Of a stretch of DNA of 51,081 nt, positions 18,488 to 26,827 are shown piece by piece. The DNA is taken from positions 1 through 51,081 of IMG/VR virus record IMGVR_UViG_3300037722_000278; one strand, written 5' to 3'. This stretch comes from a virus. Its lineage: Duplodnaviria; Caudoviricetes. A program made the translations under genes and the position numbers. The notes under the pieces were generated by a model. That model saw only the letters and a list, made by a program, of their open reading frames with translations. It was not told the DNA's origin and made no database searches. Position 1 is the stretch's first letter. Each line of letters starts with the position of its first letter.

Positions 18488-19362
18488 TCGATCTCGGAGA
18501 TCCGCCCGGTCGGCTGATCCCAGTGGTGCTGGACTGCGTTGTACGGGTCAATGTCTTCGTCGCCTCGGGTCTTCAGGAACTGCATGCGGAAGTCGTTCGA
18601 CCGTTCCATCCGCTCGTAGGCGGGCATCTCCGGGTCGAGAGAAGGGCGGAAGGCGCCGACCATGTAGTCGGGCGACCATTCACCGCCGTACGAGCCGCTG
18701 CTTTTCGTGAGGGGCCGGTGGCCCTCGTCGACATACGACTGGTCTGACCCTCGCCGTTTCACGGCCGTGCCACGGTGGACCTGGTGGAGTGCGACGACCA
18801 CCGCATCAGACTCACGAGCGAAATCTTTGAGACCTTGGACGAGCTTCACGGTCGAATCGCCTTCGACGAGCCCGTAGGCTCGGACGAGTGTGACGAAGTC
18901 GACGACGATGAGCTTCGGAGCTTCACCGGTGGTGTCTCGGTAGTCGTCGACAGCGACGAGCATGTCGGGAATGCCGATGCCGGTCTGATCCATGAACTGG
19001 AGCTTCGGGAAATCTTGGACTGTCTTCTCGATCGCCGGAGACCAGCCGTCAGTGACGAGGGAGTGTTCGATGTTCTTGGTCGGCGTGCCGGTGTAGACAC
19101 CAGCGAGACGTTTGAGCAGGTAGCGTGAGTGCATCTCGAGCTGGAAGAAGACTGCTGGAGTGTCGGGATTGTTGGCGACGACGTTGAGCGCCCACCAGGT
19201 TTTGCCGACACCAGTACGTGCGAGGAAGAGCATCAGTTCTCCTGGTGCGGGACCGCCGCTGGTCGGCTCGTCGAACAGCTTGTATCCGGTGGGCACACGA
19301 GGTATGTCGCTCGTGGCCCACCGGACCAAGTCGGCCTTGACATCGTCGAGGCGTTGAAGCAC
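18463..19362 (-). CDS. DnaB-like (SF4) replicative helicase
   Basis: PTGY..FD...GG..PGEL...ARTGVGKT (Walker A); FQLEM, IVVDFV, LHQV.R and K.R motifs. Confidence 0.9.
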   Translation of the reverse strand: MLQRLDDVKADLVRWATSDIPRVPTGYKLFDEPTSGGPAPGELMLFLARTGVGKTWWALNVVANNPDTPAVFFQLEMHSRYLLKRLAGVYTGTPTKNIEHSLVTDGWSPAIEKTVQDFPKLQFMDQTGIGIPDMLVAVDDYRDTTGEAPKLIVVDFVTLVRAYGLVEGDSTVKLVQGLKDFARESDAVVVALHQVHRGTAVKRRGSDQSYVDEGHRPLTKSSGSYGGEWSPDYMVGAFRPSLDPEMPAYERMERSNDFRMQFLKTRGDEDIDPYNAVQHHWDQPTGRISEIDWSLKATW

Positions 19363-19374
19363 AAAGGCTGCTTC

Positions 19375-19887
19375 CTAGAAGGGGACCGGCTGGGCATTGC
19401 CCTGCGGCGCTCCACCCTGAGGCTGCGGTTGAGGCTGAGGCTGTGGTGCCTGCCCTCCGCTGCCGGGGAACGGACGTCCGAGCTTCTCGAACACCCATGC
19501 TGGAGCAGGCCCGTACTGGCCATTCAGGAACAAGCCCTTGACCTCGGCGTTCTTGTTCTTGAATGCGAAGTCGGGGCCTCGTCCGCCACCGGAGGTGGCT
19601 CGATGGTCTCCGACATTGTTATACCAGTCGTTCGGGTTGTTGTTGAGAGCGTCCTGCCAGCGGCCGTCTTCTGAGGACAGGTCACGATCGACCGTCGACT
19701 GGACACCGCCCTGGTTCAGGTTCTGCTGAGCCTGCTGGAACTGGTCGGGGTCACCTCCGAGGAGGATGATCCCGTCGAAGAACCGCTGCATAGCTGTCAT
19801 GGCGCCGTCCGGGTTCCCGGTTCCGGCGTATAGCTTCGCTGCGGACTTCGCCGCTGTCTGAGCTGCGATGCTCTTATCTGTACTCAA
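19375..19887 (-). CDS. Putative ssDNA-binding/annealing protein
   Basis: Upstream of helicase; GPDF..K...GL.L motif; Q/P-rich tail ending VPF; CCCACAAGGGAG RBS. Confidence 0.5.
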   Translation of the reverse strand: MSTDKSIAAQTAAKSAAKLYAGTGNPDGAMTAMQRFFDGIILLGGDPDQFQQAQQNLNQGGVQSTVDRDLSSEDGRWQDALNNNPNDWYNNVGDHRATSGGGRGPDFAFKNKNAEVKGLFLNGQYGPAPAWVFEKLGRPFPGSGGQAPQPQPQPQPQGGAPQGNAQPVPF

Positions 19888-19920
19888 TATCTGTCTCCCT
19901 TGTGGGTGTAGGGGTGGGCG

Positions 19921-20238
19921 TTAGCCCAGTTCGGATTCAGGGACTCCGAGCCCCATGAACCACTCTTGTAGAACCTGGTCTGCCTCCTCCTGGGTGGCGA
20001 TGATGAGGGTCGGCTCGGTGTAGTCGATCATCGCCTGGGCTGTCGCCAGGTAGTTCTCTGACATTTCTGCGAAGATCCGGCCGAGAGCGAGCGTGATGCC
20101 GATCTGCTCGTCAGGCTCGTCTTTCGGATGCCGCTTCGCTGAGGCGGTGGCTGACAGCATCCCTTCGGGAACCATGAGTTGTGCGGCGGTGACATCGTCG
20201 GTCTGGATGATCTGGATGTCGAAGTGAGCCTGGATCAT
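19921..20238 (-). CDS. DUF1876-like (dsRBD-fold) protein
   Basis: A.A.RHP.D.PD..IG..LA..R motif; ATGA-coupled start at 20238. Confidence 0.65.
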   Translation of the reverse strand: MIQAHFDIQIIQTDDVTAAQLMVPEGMLSATASAKRHPKDEPDEQIGITLALGRIFAEMSENYLATAQAMIDYTEPTLIIATQEEADQVLQEWFMGLGVPESELG

Positions 20239-20450
20239 GCGTAGTCCAGACTGTTCCGAAGGTCCCACTCAGACTCCTGGTCCAGAGCTTCCTCGATCAA
20301 CTCATGGAGGCGCCCCTCGCCCTGGCCGGGCCACCGGGAGCCGCCCTCCAGGGCGGTGCTCAGACGGTAAATGTGGGCAAGCTCCCGGCCTGACAGCTCG
20401 ATCTGGAATGTCCTGTCGGCGAAGTTGCTTCCAAGCGGTTTGATCTTCAT
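20235..20450 (-). CDS. Hypothetical protein
   Basis: GAGGAGG RBS; ATGA overlaps. Confidence 0.5.
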   Translation of the reverse strand: MKIKPLGSNFADRTFQIELSGRELAHIYRLSTALEGGSRWPGQGEGRLHELIEEALDQESEWDLRNSLDYA

Positions 20451-20644
20451 ATTGCCTCCTCTCGAGCCCGCCACGCCTCGTAGTCACCAATGAGGGTGGA
20501 CACGGCACCGGCCAGCGGCACGGGACGCACCACGTCAGCCATGTGCTTCGTGGCGTTCATTTCCGCTTCGGCCAGCATCATGGACTCGACCTTGCGCAGT
20601 ACGTCGAGCCCCTTGTCGATTTGGCGGACAGTGTCTTCGCTCAC
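20447..20644 (-). CDS. Hypothetical protein
   Basis: 4-nt overlaps. Confidence 0.5.
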   Translation of the reverse strand: MSEDTVRQIDKGLDVLRKVESMMLAEAEMNATKHMADVVRPVPLAGAVSTLIGDYEAWRAREEAI

Positions 20645-20898
20645 GAGGAGAAGACCACTTTCAGCTCGGCCGGCGGAACAATCCGCTGGACCTCGACATC
20701 CTCGATGGGCGATCCCCCAAGAGAGGAGTAGGCAGACGGGCCTATCGGCGACTCGGTGACGCCAGTGACCCGCCCCCTCCCCAAGGTCTGGGAATTGTGC
20801 TTGGCGAGGACAGCCTCGGTAGGACTTGTCGCTTCGATAGCCGAGAAGTAGATCTGGCCGTTGGGGTCGTCGGATCGGACAATGTACAGGCGTTTCAT
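20641..20898 (-). CDS. Hypothetical protein
   Basis: GAGGAGG RBS; overlaps. Confidence 0.55.
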   Translation of the reverse strand: MKRLYIVRSDDPNGQIYFSAIEATSPTEAVLAKHNSQTLGRGRVTGVTESPIGPSAYSSLGGSPIEDVEVQRIVPPAELKVVFSS

Positions 20899-21794
20899 AT
20901 GGCCTCCTCGTCGATGAAGTTCAGGGTCTTCCCGTACGGGCAGACCTTCCAGTAGTCGCAGTAGAACTTGGAGCAGAGGAACGATTCCGGGCTGGCCGGG
21001 AACGGGCCTCCCTGCTCGATCAGGCGTGCAAGATCACGTCCTCTCTCTAGGGTCACTTCGATATGCCGGTCTGACCTGGGTGCTGGCCGACGTTCGAAGG
21101 ATCCGTCGTGGCCCATCACGTCGTAGACGAACCTGATGTCTCTCGACCCGGACCATTCACGCCACAGGTCGATGTACCAGGCTGCCTGGGGGCTGGTGGG
21201 CGTCCCCTTCGTCTTCGTCCACTTCTTCTTCGAGGTCTTGTTGTCGACGAGGACATACAAGACACCGTCGAAGAGGACGAGGTCGATGCCACCAGACCTG
21301 TTCCATCCGGGGAGTGCCGGGTAGGGGAGTTCGAGCCGCTGTTCGACGGCGATGACCTGGTACTCCTGAGGCCAGGGATGGCCGTCGGCGAAGTATCTGA
21401 TGATGAAGTTCCTGACACGTTCGACAGCCTCGGCTTCGGTGAGGATCAGCTCCTTGTTACGACCGCCGGCGGCTTGGAATGTCCAGTCGTATGACTCGTT
21501 CGGCTTGCCGGTGTACTCGTCGAACTCGATGTTGGCGAGGAAAGAGAAGGCGGCAGTGTCCGCATAGTGGGCGACCTGCTCGTCGGTGGGCAGGAAGTAC
21601 CCCTGCTCTCGCCGGTCGAGGTAATACTCGGCGATCCCGGCGTGGTATCCGGTCCCTATGCCGGAGCTGACGTAGCCCTGGTTGGGCTGCTCGTGGAAGA
21701 TCTTGTATTCGATCTGTTTGAGGCAGATGTTGCATCCGGTGTCGACGAGCGACTGGGTCATGTTCCTCGTCTGGATCTGGACGGGGACGGTCAT
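20895..21794 (-). CDS. PD-(D/E)XK RecB/Cas4-like exonuclease
   Basis: N-terminal C, GTGYH, VE, GGIDLV, VDNKT, Q...Y and C-terminal C....CDY...C cluster. Confidence 0.85.
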   Translation of the reverse strand: MTVPVQIQTRNMTQSLVDTGCNICLKQIEYKIFHEQPNQGYVSSGIGTGYHAGIAEYYLDRREQGYFLPTDEQVAHYADTAAFSFLANIEFDEYTGKPNESYDWTFQAAGGRNKELILTEAEAVERVRNFIIRYFADGHPWPQEYQVIAVEQRLELPYPALPGWNRSGGIDLVLFDGVLYVLVDNKTSKKKWTKTKGTPTSPQAAWYIDLWREWSGSRDIRFVYDVMGHDGSFERRPAPRSDRHIEVTLERGRDLARLIEQGGPFPASPESFLCSKFYCDYWKVCPYGKTLNFIDEEAI

Positions 21795-21949
21795 GAGCCG
21801 TCCCAGAGCTTGTCGTCGATGACCGTGACATCCTTAAGGATCTCCCGGACCTTGGCGGCGACGAAGGCCTCCAGAGTCTGGAGGAACTCTTCTGTGTTGG
21901 CTGCGGCCTGGCGGCTCAGGTCGGCGAGCAGGATCTCGGCCTCGGTCAT
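21791..21949 (-). CDS. Hypothetical protein (52 aa)
   Basis: ATGA-coupled at both ends; MTEAEILLADL... Confidence 0.45.
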   Translation of the reverse strand: MTEAEILLADLSRQAAANTEEFLQTLEAFVAAKVREILKDVTVIDDKLWDGS

Positions 21950-22536
21950 GCGGCCTTCTTGATGGCGTAACGGACCTGGTCGTAGGAGACGTTGAACCGG
22001 GAGGCGATAGCCACCATCGGCTCACCCGCACGCCACGCTTTCACGATCTGAGCCCGCTGCCGTGTCGTCAGTTCGCCACGGTTCCGCTTGTGAGGTTTGA
22101 GGCTCGTCCGGTTCAGCCAGTAGTAGACCTTCGGCCGGGACACTCCGATCAGTTCGGAGATCTCGACAGGGGTGTACCCCTGGAGGTGGAGGTCGAAGAT
22201 GGATCGTGCTTCGCCTGAGATCCGGTCGACGATTTCGGCGACATAGACCGGGTTCAGTTCGGGGACAGCGGGGAGAATGTCTTCCACGTCGAGGCCTGCG
22301 AATGCGAGGACTGCGACCCGATCCTTGGACCGGAATGGAGGGTGGTCTGGGATTCCTCGGGCTGAAGCCTGCCGGAGAATGGAGAGTGGCGGGCGTGGCC
22401 CTCCCGCATACCAGGCGACTATGAGGGCCTGCCAGGAGAGTGGTACGATTTGGGCTGAGGAGGGCAGCTTGCTGTCTTCCTTGTGGGTAGCGACCGCCTC
22501 GGATTCGTCTGGGGCGGTCGCTTTGGTCGTAGCCAT
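21946..22536 (-). CDS. Double-HTH DNA-binding regulator
   Basis: GYTPVEISELIGVSRPKVYYWL and GEPMVAIASRFNVSYDQVRYAI; leaderless ATG 8 nt after TATAGT. Confidence 0.75.
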   Translation of the reverse strand: MATTKATAPDESEAVATHKEDSKLPSSAQIVPLSWQALIVAWYAGGPRPPLSILRQASARGIPDHPPFRSKDRVAVLAFAGLDVEDILPAVPELNPVYVAEIVDRISGEARSIFDLHLQGYTPVEISELIGVSRPKVYYWLNRTSLKPHKRNRGELTTRQRAQIVKAWRAGEPMVAIASRFNVSYDQVRYAIKKAA

Positions 22537-22544
22537 GAGTGGCC

Positions 22545-22575
22545 ACTATAGACTGGTCGACCGACAAGTCCACTA
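22545..22575 (-). promoter_or_regulatory. Sigma-A-type promoter (-10 TATAGT) overlapped by an imperfect palindromic operator GACTGGTCG-AC-CGACAAGTC
   Basis: Divergent intergenic region between two HTH genes; palindrome at 22551-22570. Confidence 0.6.
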
Positions 22576-22663
22576 CCAGTCGGAGACTATTTCTTGACAG
22601 TTCCCATTTGTCGCAGTTAATCTTGACGGATTAGCTGGGAGGCTAAGGAAAGGGCGGACGGAC

Positions 22664-22954
22664 GTGACGTCGAGAGAAAAGGAGATCCTGGAAGCCTATG
22701 AGGCCTGGGATCCAGACGAAGAGAAGATTGCGGGGTTGGTAGACCGGCTCACCATTAGCCGACAGCGGCTATACGACGTTCTCGAACGGAACAAGGTTGT
22801 TCCCAAGTCGAGGCGTGCCAGTCCAGTGACCAGTCAGCTCAACAGCGACCTGCTGTCCGAGATGGCCGAGATGGCTCTCGGCTACCTGCTCGGACAGCTC
22901 CAGGATGCTCGGGACGAGCTGGCCGAATACCGGGCTCGGTATGGGGCGCTCTAG
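22664..22954 (+). CDS. HTH protein, repressor candidate
   Basis: Only clear + strand gene inside the early arm; IAGLVDRLTISRQRLYDVL HTH and C-terminal coiled coil. Confidence 0.65.
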   Translation: MTSREKEILEAYEAWDPDEEKIAGLVDRLTISRQRLYDVLERNKVVPKSRRASPVTSQLNSDLLSEMAEMALGYLLGQLQDARDELAEYRARYGAL

Positions 22955-23760
22955 CCGCCAGACAGGAGACGGCCGATCTCGGCGACGATGTCGGCTGCGG
23001 TAGGACCGGCAGCAGCACCGATTGTGCCAGCAGCCACAACGGCTGCGATCAGCTTCGTCTTGGTGGTTTGAGCGACTGCGGCGGTCGCCTGGTTGGCCGC
23101 TATGGCAGCCGACTCGCTAGCGGCACGAGCAGCGATAGCCGCATCCGTGGCCTGCTTGTAGCCCTGGACGATGTGATGAGCGATCCCTCGCACTCCACCA
23201 CTGACCGGGTCTGAGAAGGTCTTGAACAGGACGGCCTCGCCGATCCTCTTGTAGTTTTCCTCGGTTAGTTCCATGTCTGTCTCCTGGTTGATATGGGGGA
23301 TGAGGTTGTAGAGCTTGTTGCCGGGACAGTCGCCAGATGCGGCACCTCGAGTGTCACGGTGACCTCCGGTCAGCTTTCCCGGCCACCAGCCCTTGGCGTG
23401 GCCATGGTCGATGAGGGAGACGAGCGAGGCGAGAGCGGCAGGGGTGGGAGTGTCAGTGTTGAAGTCGCCGAGTAGGCAGATGGCGTGGCCGGTCGAGTTG
23501 TGGCCGGCAGTGTGGGTGCCCAGGTATCCGGGTGGAACACCTTCGAAGATCTGGCCGAGGTCGTTGATTAGGAAGGTGTAGGCGATGTCAGGCCAACCTC
23601 TCCCGTCCATGTGGAAGTTTTGGATACCTCGGATCCGGCTCGCCCCGCCGGTAGGGGAGGCAGAATGGTGAAGCCAGAGTTCCTTGGATGGGGTGGCGAT
23701 GGTTCGCCTCTGGACGACGGGTGCTCTCGCTCCCCACTCGGCCCTGGTGATGATGTCCAT
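22951..23760 (-). CDS. Endolysin, N-acetylmuramoyl-L-alanine amidase (Amidase_2/PGRP-like)
   Basis: IITRAEWGA, LHHSA, IQNFHM..RGWPDIAY, HTAGHN, GHRD and CPG motifs. Confidence 0.92.
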   Translation of the reverse strand: MDIITRAEWGARAPVVQRRTIATPSKELWLHHSASPTGGASRIRGIQNFHMDGRGWPDIAYTFLINDLGQIFEGVPPGYLGTHTAGHNSTGHAICLLGDFNTDTPTPAALASLVSLIDHGHAKGWWPGKLTGGHRDTRGAASGDCPGNKLYNLIPHINQETDMELTEENYKRIGEAVLFKTFSDPVSGGVRGIAHHIVQGYKQATDAAIAARAASESAAIAANQATAAVAQTTKTKLIAAVVAAGTIGAAAGPTAADIVAEIGRLLSGG

Positions 23761-23767
23761 CTACTAC

Positions 23768-23784
23768 CCGCCCCTACCACGTAA
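23768..23784 (-). promoter_or_regulatory. Putative late promoter motif TTACG-N6-GGGCGG, 7 nt before the endolysin ATG
   Basis: Same motif and TAGTAG-ATG context as the tail genes. Confidence 0.7.
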
Positions 23785-23821
23785 AAAAGACCCCCAGTGC
23801 AAGGAGGAAACACTGGGGGTC
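23783..23821 (-). terminator. Intrinsic terminator insulating the endolysin from early transcription
   Basis: GACCCCCAGTG...CACTGGGGGTC stem followed by TTTTTT on the minus strand. Confidence 0.8.
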
Positions 23822-23832
23822 TGAGAGTCGGG

Positions 23833-24099
23833 CTACGCCCGAAGTCGGGTTACGGCAGCCAAAGCTCCGTGAATGAACGCCTGGGCTTCCTTTGTGTTCA
23901 GATAGTGCTGGGTGTCGTCGTCGACTTGGACGAGCCATGGGCCGGCCTTGCCGGGGGACATGGATGTCCACCCGGCGATCAGGCCTTTGCCGTGGAGCAG
24001 GTTGAGTCCGGCAATGATGTTGGCTGCCCGGCTCACAGTTTGAACCCGCCGAACTTCTGTCTCACGCTCTTCTTGGCCGGGCAGTTTGCTGTACAGCAT
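23833..24099 (-). CDS. Hypothetical protein
   Basis: ORF ending just before the terminator; start uncertain. Confidence 0.45.
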   Translation of the reverse strand: MLYSKLPGQEERETEVRRVQTVSRAANIIAGLNLLHGKGLIAGWTSMSPGKAGPWLVQVDDDTQHYLNTKEAQAFIHGALAAVTRLRA

Positions 24100-24181
24100 T
24101 TCGGCCCGGTGCGAGGGCGATAGGGCGTCCGCTTGTAGACACGCCCGCCCTTCCGGTGTTTGGCCCTGAGTGGGATCTGAC

Positions 24182-24517
24182 TCATACCGGGGGCCCTCCG
24201 ATCAGGCTCTTGTGAGGGTCGAAGGTCCGGTCACCCTTGTAGGTGAACCATTCCATCGCCTCGTGCTCTTCGGCTCGCCTGGCGAGAAGGAATGCCTCTC
24301 GGACCAGCCGCTCCTCGGTGAGGGGTTCAGCAAGGAACGCTGCCGTGGAGTCGAGTACGACTTCCCTGGTCGGGTCGTAGGCGTCGACGGTGAGGAAGGC
24401 CCAGTTGAGATGGAGGATTGCTGCTCCGTCTCCGAACCGGTCGAGGTGGTAGCGGAGCTTCCACCCAGGCTTATATTCGACCTGACCCAGGATCAGATCG
24501 ATCTGCCCGGGGTTCAC
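24182..24517 (-). CDS. Conserved-looking phage hypothetical protein (YKPGW...E.HE..EWF...G.R.FDPH)
   Basis: Motif pattern typical of an actinophage family; GTG start at 24517 inferred. Confidence 0.6.
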   Translation of the reverse strand: MNPGQIDLILGQVEYKPGWKLRYHLDRFGDGAAILHLNWAFLTVDAYDPTREVVLDSTAAFLAEPLTEERLVREAFLLARRAEEHEAMEWFTYKGDRTFDPHKSLIGGPPV

Positions 24518-24602
24518 TGCCGCACTTCGGTGAGGGCAGCCATGGCGAACAGGACTATCAGAGCGATGACCAGCATCCATGGCTCTTCGGGGAGTCGTGG
24601 CC

Positions 24603-24896
24603 TCATGATGTGGCCCGACGCCGACGTATGGCAGCCTTCCACCGGCGCTTGAGACTCCGATACAGGGGAACGGACGAGCCATATCCCGAGTCGACGTCGA
24701 AGCCCAGCCGGATCGTGGTCTCCTGGAACAGGCGATGCTTCGCCTTCGCAGCGAAGAAGTCGCCTTCGAGCTGGCCCAGCATGCACTGAGTCGTGAGCTG
24801 CATGTCGAGAGAGTCGAGGTCGATGGCGTCAGGCCATCCTGGATAGTGCTCGTCGAGGAACTTGATTCCCTGACGAATATTGGGGGCGATGGTCAT
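24603..24896 (-). CDS. Hypothetical protein (G...LD...PGW...IDLD.LDM.....C.LGQL.G)
   Basis: CCCACAAGGAGG RBS; recognisable actinophage family pattern. Confidence 0.65.
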   Translation of the reverse strand: MTIAPNIRQGIKFLDEHYPGWPDAIDLDSLDMQLTTQCMLGQLEGDFFAAKAKHRLFQETTIRLGFDVDSGYGSSVPLYRSLKRRWKAAIRRRRATS

Positions 24897-25135
24897 TTCC
24901 TTGTCCTCCTTGTGGGTGAGGTCGGCAGGTCAAACAACCTGCCAGTGTTCGGGGTCGGGACGCCATGGTCACGGCAGTAGACCCGACCGGTGTACTTCTT
25001 CTGTCTGAGCGTGCCCGCCCCGCCCGTCCGAGTGACCTGCTCGACGCCGGTCAACTCCCGGAACGAGTAGGGCTGGTCGGGGGAAACCGGTGCGCCACAA
25101 GTGACACACAGGCCAGCGACAGCCTTGTACTCCAT
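24893..25135 (-). CDS. Zinc-finger hypothetical protein
   Basis: CxxC...CxxH. Confidence 0.5.
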   Translation of the reverse strand: MEYKAVAGLCVTCGAPVSPDQPYSFRELTGVEQVTRTGGAGTLRQKKYTGRVYCRDHGVPTPNTGRLFDLPTSPTRRTRK

Positions 25136-25467
25136 TACGGTTTCCTACCTTCCTCGTAGCATGACCAGCATTTGCCGTTCCTGGTCTGAGTGCGTGGTGC
25201 GGTAACCCCGCAGGCGCATTCGACTCCGGCTCGCTGTTCGATGCTGAGGCCGGCGACGACACCAGGGATGGTGGGTCCGACAGGGTCGGTCATCACCCAG
25301 CGTCTGCACGGTTCCAACACCGGACAACTACGGCAAAGAGATTTGGCAGCGGGAGTGTTGCCTTTGACGGCGAGCCAGGTCTTGCCTAGGCAGGCAGCAT
25401 GCTCCTGCCATGGGTCGAGGTCGAGGGCAGGGTCCGTGCGGGACCCTGCCAGTTCGACCATGGTCAT
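25135..25467 (-). CDS. whiB: WhiB-family transcriptional regulator with extra C-terminal Cys cluster
   Basis: WQEHAAC...AKSLCRSCPV...C...GVVAGLS; additional CAC..CWSC. Confidence 0.85.
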   Translation of the reverse strand: MTMVELAGSRTDPALDLDPWQEHAACLGKTWLAVKGNTPAAKSLCRSCPVLEPCRRWVMTDPVGPTIPGVVAGLSIEQRAGVECACGVTAPRTQTRNGKCWSCYEEGRKP

Positions 25468-25772
25468 TTGTCGAAGACCACGACGTGGACTACGGCCTCG
25501 TCCTGGGCTGGGTCGCCGTTGGCGCCCTGGTACAGGAACACGGTGGGCACACCGTCGTCTGACCCGCCTGACGGGTTCAGGTAGATGTACTCGGTCGAGC
25601 CGCTGTCCTTCTCGGCACGCCAGCCTCCCAGGATCGGGTAGTAGGTCACGCCGCTGTCGACGTCGAACACCTCTTCGACGTCGAACACGGGGAAAAAGTC
25701 CTCGCCGTGGGTGGTCGCTGCCAGGTTGCCAGCGTCCTCTAGGTGGTGGTCGTCCCTGTAGAGACGCTCCAT
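25464..25772 (-). CDS. Hypothetical protein (YIYLNPS..SDDGVP.VF.Y)
   Basis: Preceded by the structured repeat and RBS. Confidence 0.65.
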   Translation of the reverse strand: MERLYRDDHHLEDAGNLAATTHGEDFFPVFDVEEVFDVDSGVTYYPILGGWRAEKDSGSTEYIYLNPSGGSDDGVPTVFLYQGANGDPAQDEAVVHVVVFDK

Positions 25773-25778
25773 GTTTGT

Positions 25779-25838
25779 CCTCCTTGTGGGTTGTGGTGCG
25801 AACGCACCAGGAGGGGCACCGTGGGTGCCCTACCTGCT
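25779..25838 (-). repeat. Structured intercistronic element copy A
   Basis: AGC-AGG-TA-GGGCACC cac GGTGCCC-CT-CCT-GGTGC gttc GCACC-acaa-CCCACAAGGAGG. Confidence 0.85.
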
Positions 25839-25866
25839 GTGTTCAGCGGTCTGGATTGTCAGCCCC

Positions 25867-26010
25867 CTACCCCGTAGGGTGGGGGCCGGGTAAACCAGGA
25901 TTGGTGTTGGGAGGCACTTCGTTGCCGTCACTGGTTACCACCCCCTCTGGTCCGTACGGCAGCGCTTCGGCGCTGCCGCTTAGGACAAGGACTAGTAGAA
26001 GCCAAAGCAT
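25867..26010 (-). CDS. Small putative secreted peptide (47 aa)
   Basis: MLWLLLVLVLSGSAEA|LPYGP...; RBS supplied by element B. Confidence 0.5.
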   Translation of the reverse strand: MLWLLLVLVLSGSAEALPYGPEGVVTSDGNEVPPNTNPGLPGPHPTG

Positions 26011-26020
26011 TTGCTATCGC

Positions 26021-26084
26021 CCTCCTTGTGGTTTGTGGTGCTGACTGCACCAGGAGGGGCACCCGTGAGGATGCCCTACCTGCT
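26021..26084 (-). repeat. Structured intercistronic element copy B
   Basis: AGC-AGG-TA-GGGCATCC tcac GGGTGCCC-CT-CCT-GGTGC agtca GCACC-acaaa-CCACAAGGAGG. Confidence 0.85.
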
Positions 26085-26331
26085 ACAGACCGAAGTCTTC
26101 GAACATGGCGGCAGCGCCGTCCATGTCATCGCCGAGAAGGTCGTACAGGGCGCCGATGGCAGGATCTGCCACCAGTGCCCCGTGTCTCTCTCCGAACGCT
26201 TCACAGCCTCGGACTCGGACGTCTGCGGACACGATGGCGTAGGTCGAGCCGTCGGCTTCGGCGTAGTCGTGGATGTAGTCGTTGTCCCATGGCTCGGAAC
26301 ACTGCGGGCATCGAATGTCCATCACAGCCAC
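26083..26331 (-). CDS. Hypothetical protein (DI.CP.C.EPWD...L...LGDD.DG...M.ED)
   Basis: Phage-family-like motif pattern; start may be 26322. Confidence 0.65.
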   Translation of the reverse strand: MAVMDIRCPQCSEPWDNDYIHDYAEADGSTYAIVSADVRVRGCEAFGERHGALVADPAIGALYDLLGDDMDGAAAMFEDFGL

Positions 26332-26753
26332 CTGGTGGGATCGTCACCGAAGTGACCGGCCAGGGCGTCGAGGATGTCGACACCATGCTCGGCGATCAGG
26401 ACGTCGTACTTCCAGCCTGTCAGAACTGGATTGCCCTGGCCGTCCTGCATCCGACTGGCGATCTCGGGCATGCCTGGCTTCCAGGCGTACTCGGTCTGCG
26501 GCCAGTCATAGCTCCCGCCATCGTTGGCGGTGAAGGCGACCTCGTTCTCGATCAGGAACTTGACTAGCTCCTGAATCCCTTCGTCTTCGTCGAAGCCGTA
26601 GTAGGCCTCTTCGATCACAACCTCGAACCTCTCGGGGCTGTTCTCGTCGTAGGAACTTCCGGCCTCGTCGGCTAGTTCCACGATTCGAGCGTGGACGTCC
26701 TGGCTGACACCTTCCATGCTGAACGTCATTTCGACGTAGCTGCGCTCACCCAT
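26322..26753 (-). CDS. Hypothetical acidic protein
   Basis: ATG 26753 follows the RBS of element D. Confidence 0.65.
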   Translation of the reverse strand: MGERSYVEMTFSMEGVSQDVHARIVELADEAGSSYDENSPERFEVVIEEAYYGFDEDEGIQELVKFLIENEVAFTANDGGSYDWPQTEYAWKPGMPEIASRMQDGQGNPVLTGWKYDVLIAEHGVDILDALAGHFGDDPTRWL

Positions 26754-26758
26754 CTGTT

Positions 26759-26822
26759 CCTCCTTGTGGGTATTGGTGCTGGTAGCACCGCCAGCCCCTG
26801 CGTTTAAACAGGGGTAGGCGCT
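26759..26822 (-). repeat. Structured intercistronic element copy D
   Basis: AGC-GCC-TA-CCCCTG tttaaacg CAGGGG-CT-GGC-GGTGC tacca GCACC-aata-CCCACAAGGAGG; stems fully compensated relative to A/B/C. Confidence 0.8.
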
Positions 26823-26827
26823 GTCAC

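Noticed and set aside
22652-22666. GGGCGG-N6-GTG before the + strand HTH gene as another late-motif copy
   Set aside because: The upstream box is GGCTA rather than T(T/G)AC(G/A), so only half the motif matches.
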